From Lama guanicoe (lineage: Eukaryota): a stretch of 64,000 nt of DNA. The notes below the pieces were generated by a model. It was not told the origin of the DNA and did no database searches. It saw only the letters and a program-made list of their open reading frames with translations. Shown in pieces: positions 38,250 through 50,965 of the stretch. The stretch covers positions 1,770,115-1,834,114 of the forward strand of contig MU053365.1 in NCBI GenBank assembly GCA_013239625.1, read 5' to 3'. The position numbers were made by a program, and so were the translations under genes. Position 1 is the stretch's first letter; every line of letters starts with the position of its first letter.

Positions 38250-39120
38250 GACTCTGTTACTTCTTTATCTTCTTGAGCATTACAAAGATACTTGTTTTCT
38301 TAGTTTCTTTCATATACTACAAATGTCTGTTTCCTGGCATGAGAATTCTCCTGGTTTGTCTTCCCTGAATTTAATGGCATTTTCCCCCATTCATATGCAT
38401 TGCATTTTTAAAATTCTGAGTTCTTCAGTGGGAATTGTTTTCTGTTGGAGTCTTGCCTGCCTTAGCTATGAAGGCAAGTTGTAAGTCAGTTTCATATTTG
38501 CTTCTTGGGGCCTCAATGGATTTCACTTGTTATGGACTGGTTTTAATGGTTAATTTATAGTCTTGGAGCACTCATACCTTCTGGGTAGTGGTTATTTGGA
38601 TCTCGTTGTCTGTATATTGGAAAGGCCTGTGATTCTGACTTCTAATAAATTACCCTTTCCCAATCATAGCTCAGGACAATTGGCAGCTTTCCTTCTTCAT
38701 CCAAGGGCCAGCTGGCTGGACTTTTCTCGTCTGCATTTCACAGGGCAGCCCTACTTAGCTCAGTGCTTTATGCGGAGTGCTCAATTCCGGGTCCCTATAC
38801 CCAGGGCTAACAGCCTCTGCAGCAGTCTGTGTTTTGGTGGTGGCAGGGAAGTCAAAAATCTCAAACCTGTATTTAAAAGAATCATTGTAATCTGGTGCAG
38901 CCTTTTCCACTTTCAGTTTGGGATCAGTACTTTGGAATCAGCACCCTGGCTTTGAATTTTTTTCTTTTTCCCCAGTGCCCAGATACATTTTTTTTTTTTT
39001 GTCTCTGGCCCTGCTGGTTATTAATTATATAATAATTAATTCTGCATTTCTCTGTCTTTTCAGGGTTATGATAGGGGTCATTTTCTACACCAGCTCAGTC
39101 TGCTATATTGCTTGGAACTC
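38250..39120 (-). mobile_element. Ancient L1ME/HAL1-like 5' remnant
   Basis: Ends ctcagtctgctatattgcttggaac, like old L1 5' termini. Highly diverged. Confidence 0.45.
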
Positions 39121-40000
39121 AAGTCTATTAACTGAGATGTTGAGCAGAGATTCTAGAGTGCCCATGAGTAGGTAGGTCAGGCAGTTTAAGGAACAATGAG
39201 AGTCTCGCTCTGGGAATTTCTTCCTTATGTTGATTTTGAAAGTCAAACTCAAGATGAGCCAGTCTGATAAAGCAAAGATTATTATATTTGCTTTATCAGA
39301 GAAAGGCATTTAAGTAATACACATTCTAATTTGCTTGCTAAATCCTCAAAATAATGCTTTGATCCTTTAATTCTAAAACTTTCAGGGGATTTTTTTCCAC
39401 ACAAATAATATTCTACCCTGTCATAGGGAGAAAAAAAAATCTCATTCTTACTCCTTACTAATGTCCATAAAGCAGACTAATTATCCATAAATTAAATGTA
39501 TAACTGCACAACATCTAGTGATTTTTTTGTCACCTGAACAACTAGATAGGCTCAATTTCTTGCCTGCCATTGCTATTTGAATATTTAGTTAGTATGATCA
39601 GAATATCCAAGTCATTGGAGAAAATGTGGAATAACCAAGTTAGTACTATAAAGAAATATATTCTACTATGAAAATTTCTCAGATATAACCAATGTATTTA
39701 ATAGATACATTTATATTCTCTCTATATAGAACTATGTAGGAGATACATATCCTTTAGCAGGGCATGTATGTGTGTGTTCATGCACACTTGCCATATGTAG
39801 ATAGACACACACTTGCATAATAATCCTTTTTACATGAAGGTAATAATGGTGACCATTTTGCTGTTTTTGTACAAACACATAGGCGTTCAGAGATACATAT
39901 GCAAAAAAGCACCCTGGAGTTCACACATATCAACAACACAGATATAATTACATATACTTGTCTCATGCATACATATATAGCAAAAATAACGGTTGTACAG

Positions 40001-40381
40001 TCTCTCTAAGTCTACTTCAGCTGCTATAACAATAGACCATTGACTATGCCGCTTGAACAACAGAAACTATTTTTCTCACAGTCCTAAAGGCTGAAAAGTT
40101 CAAAATCAAGGTTCCGGCAGAGTTCAGTTTCTGGTGAGCCTCTCTCATTGGCTTGTGGAAGACCACCTTTTCACAGTGACCTCACATGGCAGAGAGAGAG
40201 AACCCTGCTGTCTCTTCCTCATCTTATGAATGGACCAGTTCTATTGGATGAGGGTTCTACCCTTATTACTACATTTAACCTCAGTTAAACCTTAGAAGCC
40301 CTATCTCCAATATAGTCACATGGCAGGGGGTTCAGTTTCTACATATAAATTGGGGAGGAGGACACAATTCAGACCACAGCA
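40001..40381 (-). mobile_element. MLT1A-like MaLR LTR
   Basis: gctgctataacaa...ttgaacaacagaaact...aaaatcaaggttccggcag...cctcacatggcagagag...gacacaattcagaccacagca. Confidence 0.88.
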
Positions 40382-41304
40382 CAGTTAATAACATTTAATT
40401 CTGTTTTTGCTATTAACATTATAATAGGAACATTTTAATATTTTTATATTTGAGCTGTCTCTTTTCTATAATAATGAACTCTTTGAAGCTTAGACATGGA
40501 CAAGGAAAATGAACACTCATGTTCCACCCACTCAGCTTTGATAAATATTCACATTTGGCCATAATTGCCTAAATTCTTTATTTTATTTTGTTTTATTATT
40601 TGGAAATAAAATGTTACTTATTCAGTTGAATTTTTTTATGTAATTCTCTCTGCACATCAGTCCCCGATTTCCCCTCCAGAAAGGACCAGAATCTTTACCT
40701 TGCTAATCATTCTCTGCACTATCAATATATTTTTCTAGCATAGCTATTTATAGTTACTTACATTTTATAATTTAATACCATTTTGCATTTTTAAATTTTT
40801 ATTTATTTAAATTCTATTATCCATATTCAGAACTCAGTTTTTACTAACAGTATGCTTCAGGGGGTTAACTCAGTTTAATATGCCTTAAACTACTTCATAG
40901 AATTTTAGCACTTAAGAATTTTGATGTAAGGTCACATACCACAATTAGTTCATCCAGTCTCATTTTGATTAATATTTAATTGCCTTCTTTTTTAATTATA
41001 GATAATGCTGAAATAATCTCATACATGTATTATGTGTCATAGAATATACATATGACAGAGATTATCCAGGTGATACAACTAAAGAGGAATTGTTGGATCA
41101 ACCTCTTGGTTCTGGATCCTTGTTCCCCTTTGTATCTGTGTGTATCTATCTGTCTGCCTTTCTGTCTGTGTCTGTGTGTTCTAATTTTCTTTATGGAGAA
41201 ACATACAAAAATACATATGTGTAGATAGAACTATTGAACTGCAATAATCTGGCCACATGTGGGAAAAAATACATAAATACAGTTCCTGCACAATGTGTGG
41301 TAAA

Positions 41305-41665
41305 GGCTTTTTTTCCCCATTCAAATGCCTTCAAACCTTTGTTGACCATTGATTGACTGCATATGTATGGGTTTCTTTCTGGGTTCTCTTTACAGTTCCA
41401 TCAATATGTATTTATATCCTCATCCCAATAACGTGCTATCTTAATTACTGTCTCTTTGTAGTAAATCTAGAAACCAGGAATATAAGTTCTCCAAATTCAT
41501 TCTTTCTTTTTGAGATTGTTAGGCTGTTCTTGGTTCTTTACCTTTACATATAAATTTTAAGTAATTTCTTCAAGACGTTTTGCCACTATTTTGACTGAGC
41601 GTTCACTGAATCAACAGATCAACCTGGGCAGAACTGCCATCTTAACAATACAGAGTCACCCATTA
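41305..41665 (-). mobile_element. Old L1 ORF2 fragment
   Basis: gactgcatatgtatgggtttctttctggg...ctgaatcaacagatcaacctgggcagaactgccatcttaacaata. Confidence 0.75.
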
Positions 41666-41671
41666 TATGAT

Positions 41672-42360
41672 ATAAAAAACAATATGGAGGTTTCTAAAGA
41701 ATCAAAATAGAACCACCATATAATCCTGTAATGCAGCAATCTCCATATGATATCATCCATATATCCAAAGGAAATGAAAACAGGATCTCAAATAGTTATG
41801 TATAATCCTGTGTTCATTTCAGCATTATTCACAATAGGCAAGATATGAAAACAATCAAAATGTCCATCTAGCATGGAATATTATTCAGCCATGAGAAAGA
41901 AGGAAATTCTGCCTTTTGTGATAATGAAGATGAACCTTGAGGGCTAAGTGAAAAGTCAGAGAAAGAAAAAACTACTGTATGGTATTACTTCTATGTAGAA
42001 CTTAAAAAGGGCAAACATAGAAATGGAAAGTAGAATGGTGGTGGCTAGTGGCTGGGGGGATGGGGGTATTGGGGAGATATTGGTCAAAAGGTACAAACTT
42101 TCAGTTATAAAATGAATATGTTTTGGGAATCTCATGTACAGTGTGGTGACTATAGTTAATGTTATTGTCTTATATACTTTTAAGTTGCTATGAAAGTGGA
42201 TCTTAAATGTCCTCACTACACACAAAAAATGGTAACTGAGATGATGGAAGTATTAACTAATCCTACTGTGAAAATCATTTCACAATATCTAAGTGTATCA
42301 AATCATCACATTATACACCTTGAACTTATACAGTGCTATATATTAATTATATCTCAATCG
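41672..42360 (+). mobile_element. L1MA-type 3' end
   Basis: aaaacaatatggaggtttc...cagcattattcacaatagg...aggtacaaactttcagttataa...ttatatctcaat. Confidence 0.9.
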
Positions 42361-42774
42361 GGACAGAGAAACACAAATATTTGAAATTTTGAGGTAAAAA
42401 CACATGAAAAGGAAGAACAGACTGATGTAGACATAAAAAGTTAATTTTAAGGCAACTCAAATGAAGAACTTTGAGGGAACATATGGATTAGAATCACTAA
42501 TGTTAGAAAAGTGTAATTACCTTTATACTCGTAAAATAGATGGAGAACTGGATAACTACAAATTTTTGGCACTAATTTTGCCAATGAATAAAATCTTAGA
42601 CCTTGATATTACTTAACAAAACTGAAGTTCTTTTCCATAATTAGTAGTATAGGTCCAAATATAGTCCCTTCCACTGTGCTGTACTAGTAACAATACATAT
42701 CTCCTCTCCTCCAAACCGCCTGCTTCACCCATTGAGCATTGTTGACAAAGAAAAGAAGTTCCTGGCTCACTGAG

Positions 42775-43082
42775 GACTGGTAAGAAGTTGTGGTATATTG
42801 ATACAATGTAATACTACTCAGCCATAAAAAAGAATAAAATAATGCCATTTGCAGCAACATAGATGGACCTGGAGATTGTCATTCTAGGTGAAGTAAGCCA
42901 GAAAGAGAAAGAAAAATATGATATCATTCATATATGGAATCTAGAAAAAGAAAAAAAGAAGATACTAATGAACTCATCTACAGAACAGAAACAGACTAAC
43001 AGACATAAGTAAACAAACTTATGGTAACCAGGGGAAAGGGGGTGGGAAGGGATAATTTGGGGAGTTTGAGATTTGCAGATAT
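42775..43082 (+). mobile_element. Lineage-specific L1 ORF2-end/3' UTR fragment lacking its terminal part and poly(A)
   Basis: atactactcagccataaaaaagaataaaataatgccatttgcagcaac...gggtgggaagggataatttggggagtttgagatttgcagat. Confidence 0.9.
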
Positions 43083-43599
43083 TACTCATATCTGGTTTTA
43101 ATGTAACTGTTCCCTTTTGACGTTATTCTATTAGGAAAGAAAAATAAATGTGCCTTCTGTCAGCCTTAAATTAATCCAGGCTCAGGTCATGATTCCCATC
43201 TTGGCTCCATAGCTTTTGTTGAAATCTTATAAAAATGTCAAGATAATTACTTTCAGTACCGATCCCTAAAGCCTGTTGATTTCCCAATATCCACTCTAAA
43301 ATCATGATTCATGATGTCCTGAGAAGACCTTACAGGTAACCTTTTCTCTGATAGATTACCCATCATCTCCTGAGCAGACAAATCTGTCATTTTATTACAA
43401 TTTCTCTCTGTAGTCGTATTTAGACAATTTCTGGCAGCTGAAAAAATGTTGCTTGTAATTTTACATTTTTCACAAATGGCATTGCATCCAATGTTGAGAA
43501 ACTTTCCTTCAATGGTTTGATAGTTTAGATGGTTATTAAACCAGTGAGTGAGTAATATATTTTCCCCAAAGCTAGTCATAGAAAATTTATGCGGTTTGT

Positions 43600-43626
43600 G
43601 GTGTGTGTGTGTGTGTGTGTGTGTGT
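43600..43626. repeat. (TG)n microsatellite
   Basis: Directly visible. Confidence 0.95.
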
Positions 43627-43649
43627 ATAAAATTAAATCAGGATACCTG

Positions 43650-44262
43650 TCTCTGTCAGTCTGTCAATCTATCTGTTTCTTCCAGTAATTCTTACTCTGG
43701 CTAAAGGTTTATCAATTTTATTGATCTCAAAAAATAAGCTTTTGATTTCATTGATTTTTCTCTACTGCTTTTCTATTTTATATTTCATAGGTTTTAGTTT
43801 TGCTCATTATTGTTTCCTTTCATCTGCTTATTTTGAGTTCAGTTTGCTCTTTTTTATTTTTTAAGGTGAAAGTTATGGTCCTTGATTTGAGGCCTTTCTT
43901 CTTTTCTAATATCAGAATTTAGTGCTATAAATTGCTCCCTAACTATTGCCCTAAAACATCTCACAAATTCAGATAAGTTGTATTCTGATTTTCCTTCATT
44001 TCTAATTACATTCTAATTTCAGTCTTGATTTCTTCTTTGAACCATGGTTTATTTAGAATTGTGCCCTTTCTTTTTTAATTTTTAGTGATTTTCAAGACAT
44101 CTTTCTTTCATGATTTCTAGTTTAATTCCTTTGGGAGGATACAACATACAATGAGTATATATTCTGCCTATGGACATTTAGGTTATTTCCATGTCTTGGC
44201 TATTGTGAATAATGCTGCACTGAATATGGGAGTACAGATACGTCTTCAAGATAGTGATTTCA
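43650..44262 (-). mobile_element. Old L1 ORF2 fragments
   Basis: ctggctaaaggtttatcaattttattgatc...gtgctataaattgctccct; then ggacatttaggttatttccatgtcttggc. Confidence 0.8.
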
Positions 44263-45109
44263 GCACATATTTCCTAGGAACAAAGACATTCTCTGAAATA
44301 ATCACGATACCATCATCATAGACAAGGCACTTAATGTTAGCCTATCATACAATTGTCTGTTATTGGGGAGTCTAGGTGAAGGGCACTGCAGGTGTTCATT
44401 GTAAACTAATCATTTCTTAGATTTAAAATGTTTAAAATTAAATGTTAGGATCACTTTAAACATTTCAAATTATGTACAAGTTTATCAAATAAAAAAGTTA
44501 AAGTCCTCTGTGACACCATCCTCTCCTATCCTCCAATCCTCCCAATAGTTAACCACTATTAACAGTTTGGAATGCATCTTTTAGACATTCAAACATGGTC
44601 AAAAATATAACAGTTTTATCTTACCAAAACAAACAAAAAAAGGATTATAGTTTTACATTGTTCTATTTTTTGGTTTGGGAACTTTGCTAATATTAATAAT
44701 CATGTCTCATAGATTTACTATATATGCAATCATATCTACAAATGAAGGCTATGCTTTTATTCACTTATTCATGCATTTTCCATTTATTTTATTGGCTTAA
44801 TGCATCAGTGAGGGCTCTATTACGTTATAAAACAGAAGAATAAATAACAAGCTTTTTTGGCCTATGTCTTCCTTTGATGGAATTGCTTCTAAAGTCTTCC
44901 CCAGCACCTCCTTTGTGGGTTGGATAACAGTAATGCATTTCAGTCTATTTCATCTTCTTTCTCTTGATTCCTTTTATAGTACAAAATACAACTGTTTGGC
45001 CTTTAGGCTAACAATGTAAAGAAAACCCATATGATTTAATGAGGCAATAGATATTTTAAAGAACCTGATCTCTAGCATCTCTGAAATTGCCAATTTTCCC
45101 AGGAAGCCC

Positions 45110-45564
45110 TGTGGGGAAGGGAAAATTTTTCTTTCTTCCCTTGTAGGTTCTTTGGCTGGTCTAATAAGAAAAAAAAATTTTGTACATACAGGATTTCAGT
45201 TAAAAATATGAGACGCAATAAAGTTACCAAAGCAGGCAGTTTTTATACCTTTTAGACAAAGAAACAAGAAACTTATGAAGAATTGAGAAGACAAAGAAGT
45301 TTGGTCTTGGGGTAGTAAATTAGTGAGGAAGTAGTAAGATTTGTTTATACAACCTCCTTGGTCATATATTCCCTATTTCTGGTGATAAGGATGCCTACTT
45401 CCCTCCAGATATAGGAAGAACACCTGTGATCTTTTACCTGCTTTCAAAGAGACAAAGGAGAGTCAGAGTGACCTTTTTCTGTTGCCTGTTTCTTAAGTAA
45501 CTTTAATTCAAAATAGTCAATATACCAAAGTGGCATATTGTGGAGTGCCATATTCTCCCCTTTA
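45110..45564 (-). mobile_element. ERV1 solo LTR (MER41-like, laurasiatherian)
   Basis: tgtggggaagggaaaa start...aaagcaggcagtttttatac...taattcaaaatagtcaatataccaaagtggcatatt, as at MER41-like LTR ends. Confidence 0.75.
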
Positions 45565-47049
45565 GCTCCTTTCCACTCTCTTTAAAAATCCGTATGTATA
45601 GCTTCATCTTAATTTAACCTGTTTTTCTTCCTATACCAAACTAAATGTATTACTGGTTTATTATTCATTTAACAATTTGTGTTAAACTTACCGGAATTTC
45701 AAATGTTTCTTTTAAAATTTGATTTAAGATAAATGCATGATATTTCAGTGAGCATATAGCTTAAAAAGATTTTCAAAGGCAACGGTCTAACAAACTTGTC
45801 ATTTAGAAAATTGTTTCTATTGGAAAAATATCCTGATCTCCAAACAAGTACTATGCAATTGAATATTTAGACTTCAGTCCCTTTCTAAATAGGGGAATGT
45901 GTGTTGTCAGTAGTGGAGAGATCTGACGTCTAAGTAAGAGAGATTGACGAGGTCATTAACAAGGTCCAATTGACACCAGCTGCCATCTACCCAAATTGTA
46001 GTAGTAACTTCAGAATAACCAGGTTTTGAAAGATGTGTTTGCCACAGAGACACCCAACTCTTTCCATAATTTTTTAAAAGGAAACATAGGCCCAGTAAAC
46101 AAAAAAAAAGAGAGGCCAGGGCTTTCCCACCATTTTAATGCCTCATACACCTACTTACATAGGAAGAATATAGGAGGAACCAAAAGTGTGATGTGGGGGG
46201 TTGTTTATTGCTTCCTGGATTATGATGACAAAGATTGTAACAATATTTTTGAGAGCTAAATGAGATAAAGTACAGATTCAATTATGGCCTTCAGTTAAAG
46301 TTTTCCCACTGTTAGTTTTCTGAAAGCTATGTTTATAGTATTCTTAGAAAAGTTATTTTTTAACAGTTTTTCATTAATGCTTTCAACAATCCCCCTTTTC
46401 AAAGTACAACTAGACAATCCCTCCTCTGTGCTTCCATAACATTATGTTGATGCCTGATTAGAATAGGATCTGAATCCATAATTCAGTAGCTTTATTTTTA
46501 AAGGAATAAAAATTAAATACTATTTCTTAACTTTTAACTTATAGGCAATCTCTTAAGATTTCCTGGTGCACAATATTTAATCGAATTTTAAAATAATCAT
46601 TGGTCCAAGAGGAAAATATATCTGGGGAATATAAAGAATGATGATTTTATTTACTTCTTTATTCACATGTGATATTTGTGGCTTACTCTGGACATCTGTC
46701 ATTCAGAGCTCTGTTATTCTTATGACTCACAAGTGCACATTGTTGACTTTAACCTTACCTATAAAGTATTAAATCTCTCTTTCTCCCATATATCAAACTT
46801 GGATATCCCATCTACACCTAAATCAGCATATAAATTGTATAACTCTTATCATTCCTTCTTTATGGACTTTTCTTTCCAATTCCCCTATTTAGAAAATGTT
46901 TAAGTAAAACAATACAGTCTCTTCATCTTACAGAATGAGAAAAAAACCTAACAATTAATGTGACTTGTTTAGGTTTACATATCAAATTAGTGAGGGAACC
47001 AGATAAGAACCAAGTGGTGTTTTCCTCACTCTACCATTCTTATGTCTCA

Positions 47050-47835
47050 GGCATTGCTATTTCATTCATCCTCATGGATCTAAACTATATAAAGTCTTAT
47101 TGATTATTAATGGATTAATTTTTGAGTCGTCTTTTATTTTTCTCTCAGTTACTACTACCATCACCCTAACCTAGGTTCCTCATTTCCTTATGTCTGAAGA
47201 AATTCAATAGTTCCTTGACTGAGTATTTTGCAAACAATTTCTTATCTATTTATCCCCCTGTCCCCTTAAACACAGATATTTAAGGATTATTTTTCTGGAA
47301 TATCACTCATTATTCTTCATGTCGGCTTTAAGGAATCTGCAATAGCTTCAAATAAAATTAAACTTCTTCCTTTAGTATGTAAGACTGCTTCCACTCTGCT
47401 GGGCTGGCTTTCCCTGGCCCACTCAATCTTAGCTTCTGCTATTCTCCAACCTATACCCCTTTATCTTAGAGGAACCATCTGCTAATGCCCTATACCTTTC
47501 CCATTTACTCTTCCTTTTGCCTCTTGGCACCTGATATCTACTTAAGTGGAAATACCCTTTCCATCTTTGCAAAGATCATCATCTTATCTCAAAATTTCCA
47601 TGAAGTTTTTTCTCCTTCCTGATCAACCCGTAAACTTTCTCTAAAACACTTTTGATATTTCAGTATGTCCAACTTAGTACTTATTTAAATGCTATCCAAC
47701 ATTGACCACTTTTCAGTTAGTCCATGCCAGTCTTATCTACTCTCAATATTAAAGATCAAGGTTTTTACTTCATATGTCTTTTGTATCTGCTCAAGCACTA
47801 GCATGACATTAATAGTAAAGTTCAAGAAACACTGA
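47050..47835 (+). mobile_element. LINE-2 remnant
   Basis: actactaccatcaccctaacctagg...aaattaaacttcttcctttagtatgtaagac...ctcaagcactagcatg. Confidence 0.6.
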
Positions 47836-48746
47836 CTCCCTCAATCATATTTGTTTCTGATCCCCAGGCATAATAAGTAATGTAGGCAGTTTAGGAAGGT
47901 TTTCTCTCTACAATATGGTACACTGATGGAAAAAAATTTGGAAAGTATCTTAGAAAAATAAATAGGAATACAAGGTCAAACATGTATTCCATGTATAAAC
48001 CCCTATGAAAATATTTACTGATTATTTTTATGTCACGTCTTCCTAATCAAAGTAGGAATAAGATGAGTTTCAGTGTTATCAGCAAATTAATTTGAAAGTA
48101 GTAATTTCATGAGATCAGTAAAATAATGTATTTACATTTCTCAGCACAATATTTAGCATCTAGAAGGTCCTCAATGAATAATAGTTTCTCCTCTGTCTTC
48201 ACGTGAAGTAAATAAAAAAGAAACATTAACAAATGTGATATTTTTTCCAGATCTGTGTACACTTAATGTGTACCATGCAGTGTACTGCTTTTCTACTAGT
48301 GTTTAACACTGGATATTTTATATCAAGTGACTCATCTTTTCTAATTTTTATCTTTTATGAGATGCTTAATAGGCTCCTTGGTTTCTGATATTTACCCCAT
48401 TTTGTACAATTTAAGTTGATGTTGCTTCTCCTTTCAGGTACCAGAGTCCTTTTATGATATTCAGACACTTCATTTTTATTTTACTGTCCTGAATTTATAC
48501 TAAAAATTGTGTTTATTGTATCTTGTGGCTCTCTGGAATGTTTTAGAGATAAAGAATGTCTTTTTAGATTTCCACTGAATCTTTCTACAAAGTTTTCTCA
48601 TTTATGGTAATCCTTCCTTTAGATTGCTTGGAAAGGATTTATAGTGCATTGTTTGAACAGAATAAATATAAGAATCTTGTCCTTTGCAAGTCAACTTAAT
48701 CCATATGAAACTGACATTTTGGTGCAACTCATAAAAAAATCTGTTG

Positions 48747-48747
<1 letters not shown>

Positions 48748-48779
<32 letters not shown>
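48748..48779. repeat. (TG)n(TA)n microsatellite
   Basis: Directly visible. Confidence 0.9.
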
Positions 48780-48784
<5 letters not shown>

Positions 48785-50589
48785 AGAGGTCAAGTACTGG
48801 CCAAATTTTGCCAATTATCCTGAGGGTTTGAAAGCAAAAAAAAAAAATCATAAAATAGTTTCTGTGTTTTGCATTAAAATATATTCCTAAAACGTATTTT
48901 CTTCTATTTTTGCCTCAAAGATGTTAAATACATATTCATTTGAGAAAATATGCTATTGATTAATATATAAATGTGTTGTTCAAACTTGTTTCACTCGATA
49001 ACCTCCTGGACCTCTGCAGCTGCATAAAACATATTTGAGGACCTATTAAGGTTCTAAAAATTTGATTTCCCCAAAATACTAGTGCATCAAAATATAACCG
49101 AATCCTAAATGTATGAATCTGATTCAAAGTAATATTTGTTGCCGACATTGATTTTACATGCACTGAAACACTGTAACCCAAAATAGACCATCAAAAGTGC
49201 CTCGTTGACACTCTAAATTTGCCTCATCCTACTGTTACTAAGAATTAGAAGCAGCACAAGAAAATGCTGACAAGTTTTTTTTTTTGCATATTTGGCTGTC
49301 TTCATTTCAAATAAAATCTGCTGAAAAATCTCGTGAAGCCAAGTGTTAGCTATAAGCTTTAAATGTGTGAGAAATCATCTTGTATTTAATAGAAAAAAAT
49401 ATTGGATGCAGTGCTGCATCTGAATTACTCACCACCATAAAAATTTCAATTGATGTGTTTATATTGATTTGCTTTTAATCAAGTTTAATTGTAAAACTAG
49501 TAGAATTGACAGAGGACTCTGTTCCAATCTAGGGTTGCTAGATATTTTCCTCATTTTCCCTTTCCTAGTAGCTCACTTATGTCTCTAAATTTTGAATATG
49601 TTACAAAAAAAAAAAAAAAAAGAGAAACAGAAATCCTAAAAGAAGTCAGTTTGTTCATTTCTTTTAACACCACTATTTTTGATTTATGTACAAAATTTTA
49701 TGTTTCTAGATAATTTTTAAAATAACTTGTTTATTGAGATATCTTTTTAAAATACTATTTAGATAAAGATAGTAATAGGTCATAATTTTACTTTGTCTAT
49801 GTGGACTAAATATAAGCCTCTTCTTTCCTGAATAAGGCTAGGGCATGTATGTAGGAATTCATGAAGCTGAGCTCATTGTTTGTATGACTCATTGATTGAT
49901 TTGACCATATTAATCAAATCAGGAAATTTAATTTTAGAACATAGTAATCCATACAATAGTCTCAGGAACTACTCAAATTATATCTGCATTTGAACATTTC
50001 AGTTTATTATGCTTCAAAAAAGAAACAAAAAGGACATTTTAAAAGGACATTTAAAAGATGCTTTTAAAATATTCATTGTTCATTTTAAAGAATACTGTAT
50101 TTTTAAAAGAGAAATATAAGAGTGGCTCTTAGGAGCAGGCAGATGTACACGATGATTGAGTCTTCCTAGAAAGAGAAGAAGTTGATAAGCAATAGCATAA
50201 AGAAAATGTGTCATCAGATATGAAAGAGTTAGCAGGAATAAAATCAGATGGGATTAGGACTTCTCTTTCTGGAGAGTATAAACTGTTGCAAAGAAACAAC
50301 GCTACCACCATAACAATGAGCAAGCAGGATGAACTGCAAAATAAAGTTCTTTTTTTTTTTAACCAATCAGGGAGCTGAAGTTTCAAAGACATATAATAAT
50401 CTAAAATCCGGAAAATAATGTGCCTCTCCTAGGAGTAAAAACACATATGAATGCTTTAACAATCAGTGTAGCAGTGTTGAGAGGAGTAAAAAGTTGTCAT
50501 TGACAGGGGTAGGAAGAAAACAGAATAATACTAATACATTTTTAGGCCAAGTGTGGAGTTCATATCAGTTTTAAATGGAATATGTATAT

Positions 50590-50965
50590 ATAAACACAGA
50601 AATTATCAAAACTGACACAAGAAATAGAAATTTGGAATAGCCATATAGCCATTAAAAATTACTTCACTGTTGAATTCTATCTAACATTGAAGGAAGAAAT
50701 TGGATCAATGGTCTGCAAAATCTTTCAGAAATAGAAAAAAAAATCACTACCCCACTCATTTTATGAGACTATTATTACCCTGAAACCAAAACCAAAGATA
50801 TTACAAGAAATATATATCAGAAACAAATATTTTCACTAATGTAGATTAAAAACTCATTACATAATAATACCAAATCTAATGCAGCAAGAGATAAAATTGC
50901 ATCATCAAGTATGCTTTATCCCCAGGTTTGCATGTTTGCATTAATGTAGGAAAATTAATTAGTGG
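50590..50965 (+). mobile_element. Old L1 ORF2 (RT region) fragment
   Basis: ttcactgttgaattctatctaacattgaaggaagaa...ctcattttatgagactattattaccctgaaaccaaaacca. Confidence 0.75.

Noticed and set aside
41305..42360. Twin-priming L1 inversion
   Set aside because: The opposed fragments look different in age and no TSD is visible.
50027..50056. Short tandem duplication aaaaggacattt (similar ones near 27330 and 35345)
   Set aside because: Ordinary slippage duplications.
50132..50392. Exon-like purine-rich stretch and 87-aa ORF
   Set aside because: In-frame stops on the + strand. The right half resembles an old L1 5' end, and no homolog is recognised.
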